A stretch of DNA of 64,000 nucleotides from Alphaproteobacteria bacterium (GCA_965220745.1 CBDCQT010000011.1:320001-384000); one strand, 5' to 3'; positions 28,866 through 38,638 are shown, counted from the first letter of the stretch. A program made the numbers and translations. Notes: a model not told the origin generated them from the sequence alone.

Positions 28866-30476
28866 ATGAACAAGATCGCGATCAAGACGCTCGACGAGTT
28901 GGAAGACCGACAGCCGGCCTATGCGCTGGTCGGAGACATCGATCTTTGCTTGGTTCGCTACGACGACAATGTCTCGGTCTTCTACGGCCGCTGCCTGCAC
29001 CGGGGCGCGCTCATGGCCGACGGCTACGTCGACGGTGAGAACCTGATCTGCGGCGTCCACTATTGGGACTACCGCCTCGATACCGGCGTCAGCGAATACA
29101 ACAACGAAGAAATCCTGCCCAAGTTCGCCTCGTGGATCGAAGACGGCCAGGTCCTGGTCGATGCGGACGAGATCGGCGCCTGGGAGGAGGACCACCCGCA
29201 GCCCTTCAAGCGGGACGAGTACCTCGGCCTCTACGCCGACACCCACCCCGCAGCCGAGGAGCCCCACGTCGGGCTGATCCAGGGCTACGCCAGGGACGGC
29301 CTCAGCAAGACCGGCCATCACGGCGTCGTGGTGGCCATGGGCGTGCCGCGCCAGGACCTGCCGAGCTGGGACGACATTCAATTCATCACGGCGCAACTCC
29401 ACCGCATGCCGCACCTGGATGACGAGCCGGTCGGCACCGAGGTGGTGATCGGGCCCAACGCCCAAAAACCGCTCACCCTCGAGATTCCGCTCCTCGTCTC
29501 GGACATGAGTTTCGGGGCGCTGTCGGAGCCAGCCAAGGTCTCACTCGCGCGCGGCGCCGAGCTTTCCGGCACCGGCATCTGCTCGGGCGAGGGCGGCATG
29601 CTGCCGGAGGAGCAGCAGGCCTGTAGCCGTTACTTCTACGAGTATGCCTCGGGCCGCTTCGGTTTTTCGTGGGACAAGCTTGAGAACGTGCAGGCCTTCC
29701 ACTTCAAGGGCGGCCAGGGCGCCAAGACCGGCACCGGCGGTCACCTGCCGGGAAACAAGGTGAGGGGCAAGATCGCCGAGGTGCGGGGGCTGCCGGAAGG
29801 CTCGCCGGCGGTCTCGCCGCCGCGCTTCCCCGACTGGACCGACTGGCGCCAGGTGAGGGATTTCGCCGACGAGGTGCGGAGTCACACCGGCGGCATCCCG
29901 ATCGGCTACAAGCTCTCGGCCCAGCACATCGAAAAGGACATCGACGCCGCGCTTGAGGTGGGGGTCGATTACATCATCCTGGACGGCCGGGGCGGCGGCA
30001 CGGGCGCTGCGCCGCTCATCTTCCGCGACAACATCTCGGTGCCGACCATCCCGGCGCTCGCACGGGCGCGCCGCCATCTCGACGCATCGGAGCGCGAGGA
30101 CGTGACGCTGGTGATCACGGGCGGCCTGCGCAAGCCCGCCGATTTCGCCAAGGCGCTGGCGCTGGGCGCGGATGCGGTCGCGGTCTCCAACGCCGCGATC
30201 CAGGCGATCGGCTGCCTCGGCATGCGCGCCTGCCACACCAACAACTGCCCGGTCGGTATCGCGACCCAGAAGCCGAGTCTGACCGCGCGGATCGAGGTCG
30301 AGAAGTCGGCGCGGCGCCTTGCCAACTTCTTCGAGGCGAGCGTCGAGCTGATGAAGATCATGGCGCGTGCCTGTGGGCATTCGCACCTGAACCAGCTCGC
30401 GCTCGACGATCTCGAGACCTGGAAAGAGGATATGGCGCGGCTGTCGGGCGTCGCCTACGGCGGCGTCGGCGGCTGA
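28866..30476 (+). CDS. Rieske domain + FMN-binding glutamate-synthase-like protein
   Basis: CLH...CGVH Rieske; MSFGALS, GEGG, GQGAKTGTGGHLP, DGRGGGTGAAP, CLGMRACHTNNCPVGIATQ [3Fe-4S] motif. Confidence 0.9.
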   Translation: MNKIAIKTLDELEDRQPAYALVGDIDLCLVRYDDNVSVFYGRCLHRGALMADGYVDGENLICGVHYWDYRLDTGVSEYNNEEILPKFASWIEDGQVLVDADEIGAWEEDHPQPFKRDEYLGLYADTHPAAEEPHVGLIQGYARDGLSKTGHHGVVVAMGVPRQDLPSWDDIQFITAQLHRMPHLDDEPVGTEVVIGPNAQKPLTLEIPLLVSDMSFGALSEPAKVSLARGAELSGTGICSGEGGMLPEEQQACSRYFYEYASGRFGFSWDKLENVQAFHFKGGQGAKTGTGGHLPGNKVRGKIAEVRGLPEGSPAVSPPRFPDWTDWRQVRDFADEVRSHTGGIPIGYKLSAQHIEKDIDAALEVGVDYIILDGRGGGTGAAPLIFRDNISVPTIPALARARRHLDASEREDVTLVITGGLRKPADFAKALALGADAVAVSNAAIQAIGCLGMRACHTNNCPVGIATQKPSLTARIEVEKSARRLANFFEASVELMKIMARACGHSHLNQLALDDLETWKEDMARLSGVAYGGVGG

Positions 30477-30589
30477 GAGCGCGTCCGTCTTTGACGAACG
30501 CGCGACAGGCCGCGACCGCGGCCCGCCGCTTAAGCGGCGCCCTCACGGAGGCGCCGGCCGTAGGCCGGCTGCCGTGAGCGATAAAGTGC
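30476..30589. repeat. Multi-hairpin intergenic repeat, copy 1
   Basis: Shares conserved blocks with 34776-34945; starts at the stop codon of the upstream gene. Confidence 0.85.
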
Positions 30590-30629
30590 GAGGGCGTTTC
30601 CGTGCGAAACGGGAACGCTTTAGCGAGCG

Positions 30630-31688
30630 CTAGAGGCTTTTCGCAAACTCTTTGTTTGCAGCCGGTATCTCGGGAACGGTCCCCAGGTAGGCGTGGCGGG
30701 ACATGTCCGGCGAGTGCTTGCTCGCCGGCGGCTGGCGGCCGAGCGCTTCCGCCATGCTGCGGATGTGGTGGGGGGCCGCGCCGCAGCAGACCCCGAGGTA
30801 GCCGACGCCGAGCGCCTGCGCCTCTCTGGTGAACTCCGCGATCTCGTAGCGGTTGCAGGCGAGGTTATCGAGCCCGGTGGGGAAGGCGCGTCCCTCGGGC
30901 AGGCAGGCGCAGCCAGGATCGCTGAGGGAGAGGAAGGTCGGCTCGTCCTCGGTGGTGCGATAGGCCACCGGCAGCGCGGAGACGTGGCAGCTCACCGCTT
31001 CGTGGATCGGGCCCAGCAACGGCAGCATGGTCGCGGGGCCGCGCACGCAGTTGAGGCCGACCACGTCGGCGCCCGCGTCCTCCAGGCGCTTGCAGGCTTC
31101 GGCCGGGGTCAGTCCCTCGCGGGTGTGCGGGTCGCGGAAGATGGCGAGGTTGATCACCGCCGGCAGCCCGGTCTCCTTGATCGCTTCGAGCGCGAGCAGG
31201 GCCTCGCCCACGTGGCTGATGGTCTCGGCGACGAAGAAGTCCACGCCCTCATCGACGGCCCAGCCCACCTGCTCATCGAACATGGCGCGCACAGTCCGCG
31301 CGGACTCGGGATCGCCTTCGACGAAGATGTTGGAATTGCTGACGTTGCCGGCGACCAGGGCATTGCCTTCCTCCGCGACCGCCCGCGCAAGGCGGACCGC
31401 GGTGCGGTTCATTGGCTCAAGCTGGTCCTCCTTGCCGATCAGCCTGAGCTTCTCGCGATGGGCGTAATAGGTGAAGGCCAGCATGACGTCCGAGCCCGCG
31501 TGCAGGAATTCGCGATGCAGCTGGATTACGGCGTCAGGATGTTCCAGCACTGCTTCGGGCACGTAGGCGCCGGCGGTGAGATAGCCGCGGCGCTCGATCT
31601 CGAACAGATAGCCCTCGGCGCAAATGACGGGTCCTGCCGCCAGCCATTCGAGCAGACCCGATCCGATAGGCGGAGCAGCGCGGGTCAT
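30630..31688 (-). CDS. Homocysteine S-methyltransferase (BHMT-like), paralog 2
   Basis: GPVICAEGYLFEIERRGYL, AFTYYAHREKL, GLNC, GVCCG Zn ligands. Confidence 0.93.
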   Translation of the reverse strand: MTRAAPPIGSGLLEWLAAGPVICAEGYLFEIERRGYLTAGAYVPEAVLEHPDAVIQLHREFLHAGSDVMLAFTYYAHREKLRLIGKEDQLEPMNRTAVRLARAVAEEGNALVAGNVSNSNIFVEGDPESARTVRAMFDEQVGWAVDEGVDFFVAETISHVGEALLALEAIKETGLPAVINLAIFRDPHTREGLTPAEACKRLEDAGADVVGLNCVRGPATMLPLLGPIHEAVSCHVSALPVAYRTTEDEPTFLSLSDPGCACLPEGRAFPTGLDNLACNRYEIAEFTREAQALGVGYLGVCCGAAPHHIRSMAEALGRQPPASKHSPDMSRHAYLGTVPEIPAANKEFAKSL

Positions 31689-31747
31689 TGAGGTGATCTC
31701 CTTGTTCGCGAAGGCCGCGGCCGGGGGCCGCGCGCGGGTGACAAGTG

Positions 31748-32806
31748 CTACAGGTTCTTCGCAAAATCCTTGTACACAGACGGGACCTTGTCCGAGGTGC
31801 CGTAGAAGGCGTGCGTGGACATGTCGGGCGAATACTTGCTCCCCGGCGGGCGGCGGCCGAGCGCCTCCGCCATGCTGCGGATGTGGTGGGGGGACGTGCC
31901 GCAGCAAACGCCGAGATAGTTGACGCCGAGCGCCTGCGCCTTCTTGGTGAACTCCTCGATCTCGTAGCGGTTGACGGTGAAAGGATCGAGCGCGGTGGGA
32001 AAAGGCTTCTCCCGCGGCAGGCAGGCGCAATCGGGATCCTCCAGGGACTGGAAGGTGGGCTGGTCGGCGGTGGTGCGGTAGGCCACCGGCAGCGCCGCCA
32101 CGTGACAACTGACGGCCTCGCAAATGGGGCCGAGCAGCGGCAGCATGGAGGCCGGACCGCGCGCGCAGTTGAGCCCGACCACGTCGGCGCCCGCGTCTTC
32201 CAGGCGCTTTGCCGCTTCGGCCAAGCTCAATCCGTCCCGTGTGTGCGGGTCGCGGTGGACCGCGAGGTTGATTACCGCCGTCTGGTCGGCCGCCTTGATC
32301 GCTTCGAGCGCGAGCAGGGCCTCGCCGACGAAGGAGATGGTCTCGGCGACGATATAGTCCACACCCTCGTCGACGGCCCATTCCACCTGCTCGTCGAACA
32401 TCGCGCGCACCTCGCGTGCGGACTCGGCGTCGCCCTCAACATAGATGTTGGAGTTGGACACATTGCCGGCGACCAGCGCGTCGCTCCCGGCCGCGGCCTC
32501 GCGCGCGAGGCGCAGCGCGGTGCGGTTCAGCTCCTCGAGCGCGTCCTCCTTACCGATCACACGGAGCTTCTCGCGGTGGGCGTAGTAGGTGAAGGCGAGC
32601 ATGACGTCGGAGCCCGCGTACAGGAAGTCGCGGTGCAATTGGGCTACGACCTCCGGGTGATCCAGCACCGCTTCCGGCACGTAGGCCCCGGCGGAGAGAT
32701 AGCCGCGGCGCTCGATTTCGAACAGATAGCCTTCGGCGCAGATGACGGGCCCTGCCGCCAGCCGCTCAAGTAGGTCCGCTCCGCTCGATACTGCGGCGTC
32801 AGTCAT
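31748..32806 (-). CDS. Homocysteine S-methyltransferase (BHMT-like), paralog 1
   Basis: Same motifs and same 352-aa length as the adjacent copy. Confidence 0.93.
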   Translation of the reverse strand: MTDAAVSSGADLLERLAAGPVICAEGYLFEIERRGYLSAGAYVPEAVLDHPEVVAQLHRDFLYAGSDVMLAFTYYAHREKLRVIGKEDALEELNRTALRLAREAAAGSDALVAGNVSNSNIYVEGDAESAREVRAMFDEQVEWAVDEGVDYIVAETISFVGEALLALEAIKAADQTAVINLAVHRDPHTRDGLSLAEAAKRLEDAGADVVGLNCARGPASMLPLLGPICEAVSCHVAALPVAYRTTADQPTFQSLEDPDCACLPREKPFPTALDPFTVNRYEIEEFTKKAQALGVNYLGVCCGTSPHHIRSMAEALGRRPPGSKYSPDMSTHAFYGTSDKVPSVYKDFAKNL

Positions 32807-32827
32807 GGATAGCGCTCCTCATTGGTA

Positions 32828-33811
32828 CTAACCGGCAGGGCCGGGGTGCAGCGGTGAGTCCTTCACCCGCCAGAGAAAGCGCCGCACGATATCGCCGTAG
32901 CCAGTGAACAGGAAGGCGCCATTGTCGGCGAGCACGCGCTCCCGCTCCGCCCTGTACACATGGGGCAGGTCGTACCAGGCGATGCCGGGCCGCTCGTGAT
33001 GGAGCGCATGGAAATTGTTGCCGAGGAAGAGCAGCCTCATCAGCGGGCCGGCCTCCACGATGGCCGTGCGCTGGGCTTGGTCCGGCGCGGGCCGATGCTC
33101 GGTGTAGGAGCGCAGCAGGATCAACGCGGTGCCCGGATAGACGTAGAGAATCACGTAGGCCCAAAGCGGTATGCCGCAAACGACCAGCACCCAGGTCAGC
33201 ACCAGCGCGGTCAGCACCGCGTGCGCGGCCCAGATCTGAACGCATCCCGGCTCGCCCCGGACGAACCGCGCGCCTTCCTCCCGCCAGAAAGCCAGAATCG
33301 TCATCGCCGGGCCGAGCAACAGCCGGCCCGCCAAAGTGTTGTGGACCCGGAGCAGAAGCCGCCCGCCCGGCCCGAGGCGCTGCCAGCGCGCTGGCTCCAG
33401 GTAGAAGCTCTCGGTATCCGCCAGCGGGTCGGTGAGGTGCGGCGTGGCGTGATGCGAGAGGTGGCGGCTGCGGTAGAGGGGAAAGGGCAGCCAGAGCGCG
33501 AGCGGCGCCACGGCGAGTGCGGTGTTGACCCAAGGCCGGCGTGTGGGATGGCCGTGGATGATCTCGTGCTGCAGACCGCCGTGCCAGCCGACCAGCCAGC
33601 CGCCCAGTGGCAGGACCAGCCACCAGGGCAGCACATGGTGGTACCAGGTGAGCGCCAGCCAGCCGCCGTAAACCGCCGCCGCCACGAGCCAGGTCGGCCC
33701 CTCGATGCGGCGCCAGAGGACAGGGAGGTCCGCTTGAGCGAGGGGATTGTCGAGGTTTCGTACCACGGTGACCCGGCTGTGGCGGCGACTTCGGTCCACT
33801 CTGTGACCCAT
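32828..33811 (-). CDS. Membrane fatty-acid-desaturase-family protein (start uncertain)
   Basis: His boxes QHEIIHGH, HLSHH, HALHH; TM segments. Confidence 0.88.
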   Translation of the reverse strand: MGHRVDRSRRHSRVTVVRNLDNPLAQADLPVLWRRIEGPTWLVAAAVYGGWLALTWYHHVLPWWLVLPLGGWLVGWHGGLQHEIIHGHPTRRPWVNTALAVAPLALWLPFPLYRSRHLSHHATPHLTDPLADTESFYLEPARWQRLGPGGRLLLRVHNTLAGRLLLGPAMTILAFWREEGARFVRGEPGCVQIWAAHAVLTALVLTWVLVVCGIPLWAYVILYVYPGTALILLRSYTEHRPAPDQAQRTAIVEAGPLMRLLFLGNNFHALHHERPGIAWYDLPHVYRAERERVLADNGAFLFTGYGDIVRRFLWRVKDSPLHPGPAG

Positions 33812-33928
33812 CTTGCGGTGAAACAACGTGGGAATTCGCTCGCTTCGTCATACCGTGCGTCAATTCTCGGAGGTTTGTGATATTTTGCGCCTATTGATGA
33901 TTTTTTACTGAACTTGGGGAATTAGCGC

Positions 33929-34777
33929 ATGGATAGGCGTGACACGGCGCAACGGTTCCGCGGGCGGCTGCTCGAGGCCATGGAGAAGGGGCAGGTCAAC
34001 CGATCTACGCTCGCCGCGCGGATCGGCATCGACCGCTCGACTCTCTCGCAGCTTCTATCGGCCGAGGCCGACCGCCTGCCGCGCGCCGACACCGCCGCAG
34101 CGATCGCGTCCGCCCTCAACGTGAGCCTCGACTGGCTGCTCGGGCTCAGTCAGCACACCAAGCTCGTCGCCGATATTCTGCAGGAATCGGTCGAGGTGAA
34201 GCCGAGTGCGGACGAGCCGGCGGATGAAAGTCTCGCCGCCTGGTACGCCGAAGCCGCCGGCTACAAGATCCGACACGTGCCGACCAGGCTCCCGGACCTG
34301 CTGAAGACCGAGGCGGTGCTGGACTACGAGTACCGCGATTTTGCCGCGAGGTCGGCCGACCGGGCGATCGCCATATCCCACGGCCGCCTCGCCTACGTGC
34401 GGCTACCGGAGACGGACATCGAGATCTGCATGTCGCGTCAGTCCATGGAATCCTTCACCCGTGCCGAGGGAATTTGGCGCGACCTTTCGTTATCGGCCAG
34501 GCACGAGCAGCTCGATCACATGATCGGATTGATCGACGAGCTCTACCCCACGCTGCGTGTGTTCTTCTTCGACGGCCTGACCCACTTCTCCGTGCCCTAC
34601 ACGGTGTTCGGGCCGCAGCGGACGGTGGTCTACGTCGGCCAGATGTTCTTCGCCTTCAACACGATCGAGCATATCCGCGTGCTCACGCGCCACTTCGACG
34701 CCCTGGTGCGGGCCTCGACCGTGCCGGCCCACGTGGCCGGCGATTTCCTGCGCGAGCTGCGGCGGGAGCTTAGTTAG
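33929..34777 (+). CDS. XRE-family HTH transcriptional regulator with C-terminal sensor domain
   Basis: RSTLAARIGIDRSTLSQLL...LNVSLDWLLGL; divergent from the desaturase. Confidence 0.88.
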   Translation: MDRRDTAQRFRGRLLEAMEKGQVNRSTLAARIGIDRSTLSQLLSAEADRLPRADTAAAIASALNVSLDWLLGLSQHTKLVADILQESVEVKPSADEPADESLAAWYAEAAGYKIRHVPTRLPDLLKTEAVLDYEYRDFAARSADRAIAISHGRLAYVRLPETDIEICMSRQSMESFTRAEGIWRDLSLSARHEQLDHMIGLIDELYPTLRVFFFDGLTHFSVPYTVFGPQRTVVYVGQMFFAFNTIEHIRVLTRHFDALVRASTVPAHVAGDFLRELRRELS

Positions 34778-34945
34778 AGCGAGTCCGTCTTAGACGGACT
34801 CGCGACAGGCCGCGACTGCGGCCCGCCGCCCCTGCGGCGCCATCGCGCGCCCGCGCGCGTGGACGCGCGACGCGGAGGCGCCGGCCGTCGCGCCCATAGG
34901 CGCGCGGACTCGCGCGACGGCCGGCTGCCGTGAGCGACAAAGCGC
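34776..34945. repeat. Multi-hairpin intergenic repeat, copy 2
   Basis: Homologous to 30476-30589 with expanded hairpins; fills the whole gap between two convergent stop codons. Confidence 0.85.
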
Positions 34946-36262
34946 CTAACGCTCGCGGCGCCAGCGGATTTCGTCGAGGGCGAGGCGGGCGCGGACGCCC
35001 AGGTAAGTGATGGGTGCGGGCGGCAGCGGGTCCGGCTTTCCCTGCGCCTCCAGATCGGCGATGAGCGCATTGTCCTGGCTGGTGGCCATGTCCGCCGCAA
35101 GCACGCCCGAGATGGTGCCCTTGGTGACGCCGACCCCGTTCTGGCACACCGCCGCGAAGGTGTGGGGCCCCACCTTGCCGAAGCCCGGCGCGTGGTTGCG
35201 CGAGAGGCAGACGTAGCCGCGCCAGGTGTGTTCGATCTTGACCTCCGGCAGCATGGGGAAGCGTGCCTCGAAGGCCTGCTGGTGGTCGCGGCGAATCGTC
35301 ACTGTCTCGGCGTCCGACCGCCTCAGCCTCGGCGCGTAATAGAATCGCTGGCGGATCAGGATGCGCCGCTCGGTGGTGTAGCGCATGGTGACGCTGATGT
35401 GGGAGTTGGCCGGGGTGAGTCCCCAGTCATCCACGCCGCCGAGCGCCTGGTGTTCGGCCTCGGTCAGCGGCCGGGTCAGGCTGCCGTGGGCGGCGAAGGT
35501 CAGCAGCTTGCCTTTGAAGGCGTCGAACTGCGGCGCATAGCCGTTGACCGCGAGCACCATGGCCTGGGCGTCGACCATGCCGCCGGGGGTGGTCGCGCGA
35601 ATGCCGTTCCGTTCCTCGATCTCCATCACCGGCGTGTGCTCGTGCAGCGTCACGTTTCCCGGCAGCGTGTCGGCGAGGCCCTTGGTGAGCCCCGCCGGGT
35701 TCATGAGCCGCCCGCCCGGCGTGTAGAGGGCCGACGTGTGATAAGAGGTGCCGAGCTCCCGCTTGAGGTCGGCGGCCTCGACCCAGCGATAGGGCTCGCC
35801 CAGCGAATCAAGCACGCGCGCGAAGGGCTCCAGGATTTTCTCGCGCCCGAGGTCGGTGCGGGCGGCGTGATACTTGCCGCGATGGGTGTAGGCGCACTCG
35901 ATCCCGTTCTGGTTGACGCAGGTGTCTAGATAGTCGATCGCCGCGCGGCTGAGGCGGATGTAGCCGTGTGCGCCGGAAAGCTCCTCGAACTCGCCGCCGA
36001 CGTTGTGCGGCAGGTCGATGGCGAAGCCTGAGTTGCGCCCGGAGGCGCCTTCGCCCACCTCGTGCGCGTCCAGCAGGACGACATGGTCGTCGGGCCGGTT
36101 CTCGGCGAGCCGGCGCGCTGCGGCCAGGCCGGCGAAGCCCGCGCCCACCACCAGCCAGTCGGCCCGCACGTCGCCCTTGAGCGCGGGCGTGGGCTCTCGC
36201 GGGGGCAGGATGCGGCTCCAGCCGTTGGTGGCGTCTTCCTTGGGTAGAATCTTGACCGCCAT
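34946..36262 (-). CDS. FAD-dependent oxidoreductase (DAO/PuuB-like)
   Basis: VVGAGFAGLAAA, GASGRNSGF, QNGVGVTKG. Confidence 0.9.
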   Translation of the reverse strand: MAVKILPKEDATNGWSRILPPREPTPALKGDVRADWLVVGAGFAGLAAARRLAENRPDDHVVLLDAHEVGEGASGRNSGFAIDLPHNVGGEFEELSGAHGYIRLSRAAIDYLDTCVNQNGIECAYTHRGKYHAARTDLGREKILEPFARVLDSLGEPYRWVEAADLKRELGTSYHTSALYTPGGRLMNPAGLTKGLADTLPGNVTLHEHTPVMEIEERNGIRATTPGGMVDAQAMVLAVNGYAPQFDAFKGKLLTFAAHGSLTRPLTEAEHQALGGVDDWGLTPANSHISVTMRYTTERRILIRQRFYYAPRLRRSDAETVTIRRDHQQAFEARFPMLPEVKIEHTWRGYVCLSRNHAPGFGKVGPHTFAAVCQNGVGVTKGTISGVLAADMATSQDNALIADLEAQGKPDPLPPAPITYLGVRARLALDEIRWRRER

Positions 36263-36321
36263 GAGCTGGCCTCCGCGCGCGTGATCGTGCCCGCCCGCTT
36301 ATCCCACTACGCGGGCAATTT

Positions 36322-37161
36322 CTAGTTCGCGTTGGGGATGAAGAGCCGCTCGCCGTCAATGGCGAAGCCGTCGATCGCCGCCTGGCCGCCGGGCGAGAGC
36401 AGCCATTCGGCGAAGACTCGCGCGAGCGCCGCCTTCACGTGCGGATGCCGCTCCGGGCTCACCAGGGTGACTCCGTACTGGTTGTGGAGCCCGGCATCGC
36501 CCTCGACCATGACCCGGAGGTCGAGCCTGCCGCGCATGGAAAGCCAGGTGCCGCGATCGGCGAGCGTGTAGGCCTCCATCATCGTCGCCGTGTTGAGCGT
36601 CGCCCCCATGCCTTGGCCTGCTTCGCGGTACCAGGTGCCCGACGCAACCGTGGGGTCCACGCCCGCCGCCGCCCAGAGCGCGCGCTCGCGCCGGTGGGTG
36701 CCGCTGTCGTCACCGCGCGAGACGAAGGGCGCCTTCGCCGCCGCGATGCCGGCAAGCGCTGCCGCCGCGTCGCCCATACCGGCGATTCCGGCCGGGTCGG
36801 CGGCGGGGCCCACGAGCACGAAGTCGTTGTACATCAGGTCGAAGCGTTCGCTGCCGTAGCCCTCGGCAACGAACGCCTCCTCCGACGGCGTGTCGTGCAC
36901 CAGCAACAGGTCCGCATCGCCGTTCCGCGCGAGCCGAAGCGCCTGGCCGGTGCCGACCGCGACGACACGCACTTCGATCCCGGTCTCGGCCTCGAACAGC
37001 GACAGCAGATGGTCGAAGAGCCCGGCGTTCTGCGTCGACGTGGTCGAGGCGACGGTGATGAAGTCGCCGGCCCGTGCTCCCGGCATCGCGAGCAGGAGCG
37101 CGCCGGCCAATGCCGCGAGCAGCCGGAAGACGCGGCCTCGGGAGCGGCCGGGCAGTCGCAT
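36322..37161 (-). CDS. tupA: Tungstate ABC transporter substrate-binding protein
   Basis: ASTTSTQNAGL, VGTGQAL, FVSRGDDSGTH; signal peptide. Confidence 0.92.
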   Translation of the reverse strand: MRLPGRSRGRVFRLLAALAGALLLAMPGARAGDFITVASTTSTQNAGLFDHLLSLFEAETGIEVRVVAVGTGQALRLARNGDADLLLVHDTPSEEAFVAEGYGSERFDLMYNDFVLVGPAADPAGIAGMGDAAAALAGIAAAKAPFVSRGDDSGTHRRERALWAAAGVDPTVASGTWYREAGQGMGATLNTATMMEAYTLADRGTWLSMRGRLDLRVMVEGDAGLHNQYGVTLVSPERHPHVKAALARVFAEWLLSPGGQAAIDGFAIDGERLFIPNAN

Positions 37162-37178
37162 GGGCCGGGTTCTCTGGG

Positions 37179-37934
37179 TCAGGTTCTGGGCGGGGTGAGC
37201 TCGCGGCGCTCCCACCACAGCAGCTCGCCGCGCAGGAAGGCGCTGGCGAGCTCGTTCTCAGGCCCCGCGAAGAATGTGTCGGCTGCGGCATGCTCCAGCA
37301 GGCGGCCGCGGTGCAGGAACATCACCTCGTCCGCAAGCCGGCGCGCCTGGCCGAGATCGTGCGTGGTCATGATGATCTTGGTGCCCTCCTCGGCCATCGC
37401 CTCGATCACGCCCTCTATCACGTGGGTTGCCGCCGGGTCGAGATTGGCAGTCGGCTCGTCGAGGAAGAGCACCTGCGGGTGCAGCGCCCAGGAGCGCGCG
37501 AGCGCGAGGCGCTGCTGCTCACCGAAGGAGAGCACGCGCGCCGGCACCCGTGCAAAGGCGCCGAGCCCGGTGCGCTCCAGCGCGTCCGCGATGAGTTGCC
37601 GGCGCTCGGGCCGGGGGATGCGTCGCAGGCTGAGCGCGAAGTCGATGTTGGCGGCGACCGAGCGGCGCAGCATTACCGGCCGCTGCATCACCATCGCCTG
37701 GAAGCGCAGCGGATCTCGGCCGGCGGCGCCGTGCCACAACACCTCGCCCTCGCTCGGCGCGATCAGCCCGTGGCAGAGCCGGAGCAGGAGGCTCTTTCCG
37801 GCACCGTTGGGCCCCATGATAATCGTCTTCGGCCCCTCCGCGACGCGCATCGAGACGGACTTCAGCAGCCGCTGCCGGTCGCGCTCGAAGCTCACGCCGC
37901 GAAGCTCCAGCGGCAGGATGGAGGGCGCCGTCAT
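37179..37934 (-). CDS. tupC: Tungstate ABC transporter ATPase
   Basis: GPNGAGKS, LSFGEQQR, LDEPTANLD; gene context. Confidence 0.88.
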   Translation of the reverse strand: MTAPSILPLELRGVSFERDRQRLLKSVSMRVAEGPKTIIMGPNGAGKSLLLRLCHGLIAPSEGEVLWHGAAGRDPLRFQAMVMQRPVMLRRSVAANIDFALSLRRIPRPERRQLIADALERTGLGAFARVPARVLSFGEQQRLALARSWALHPQVLFLDEPTANLDPAATHVIEGVIEAMAEEGTKIIMTTHDLGQARRLADEVMFLHRGRLLEHAAADTFFAGPENELASAFLRGELLWWERRELTPPRT

Positions 37935-38638
37935 CGCGGTCGTCCTTGCGCCAGCGTGCCGCGCAGGAGCGCGGCGGCGGCGCTCACCGCAATCGAGAGC
38001 GCCACCAGGACGATGCCCAAGCCCAGCGCGAGCGCGAGGTCGCCCTTGGAGACCTCAAGCGCGATCGCCGTGGTCATGACGCGGGTCACGTGATCGATGT
38101 TGCCACCCACGATCATCACCGCACCGACCTCGGCGATGGCGCGGCCGAAGCCCGCGAGCACGGCGGTGAGCAGGCTCACGCGCCCATCCCAGAGCAGCGC
38201 CATCAGCGCTCGCCGCGGCGTCGCACCCAGCGAGCGGAGCTGCTCCTCGTACTCGACCCACAGGTCCTCGATCACCTGGCGGGCGAGCGCCGCGACGATC
38301 GGGGTCACCAGCAGCACCTGGGCAATGACCATCGCGGTCGGCGTGAAGAGAAGCCCGAGCACGCCGAGCGGGCCTGCGCGCGAAAGCACGAGGTAAACCA
38401 CGAGGCCCACCACCACCGGCGGCAAGCCCATGAGCGCGTTGAGGATGACGACGATCGCCCCACGGCCGGGGAAGCGGAAGAGCGCCACCGCCGCGCCCAA
38501 GGGCAGGCCGACCGCGCTCGCCACCGCCACGGCACCGACGCTGACCTGGAGCGAGAGCAGCACAATCTCGCCCAGGTCGCTGTCGAGGTGATAGACGAGG
38601 GAGAAGGCCGCCGCGAAGGCCTCGGCGATGTCGGTCAC
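37931..38638 (-). CDS. tupB: Tungstate ABC transporter permease
   Basis: LMGLPPVVVGL, FGRAIAEVGAVMIVGGNI. Confidence 0.92.
   Translation of the reverse strand: MTDIAEAFAAAFSLVYHLDSDLGEIVLLSLQVSVGAVAVASAVGLPLGAAVALFRFPGRGAIVVILNALMGLPPVVVGLVVYLVLSRAGPLGVLGLLFTPTAMVIAQVLLVTPIVAALARQVIEDLWVEYEEQLRSLGATPRRALMALLWDGRVSLLTAVLAGFGRAIAEVGAVMIVGGNIDHVTRVMTTAIALEVSKGDLALALGLGIVLVALSIAVSAAAALLRGTLAQGRPR

Noticed and set aside
31689-32381. Apparent 583-aa N-terminally extended methyltransferase ORF (30630-32381)
   Set aside because: The extension overlaps paralog 1 out of frame; the ATG at 31688 has an AAGGAG RBS and gives the same length as the paralog.
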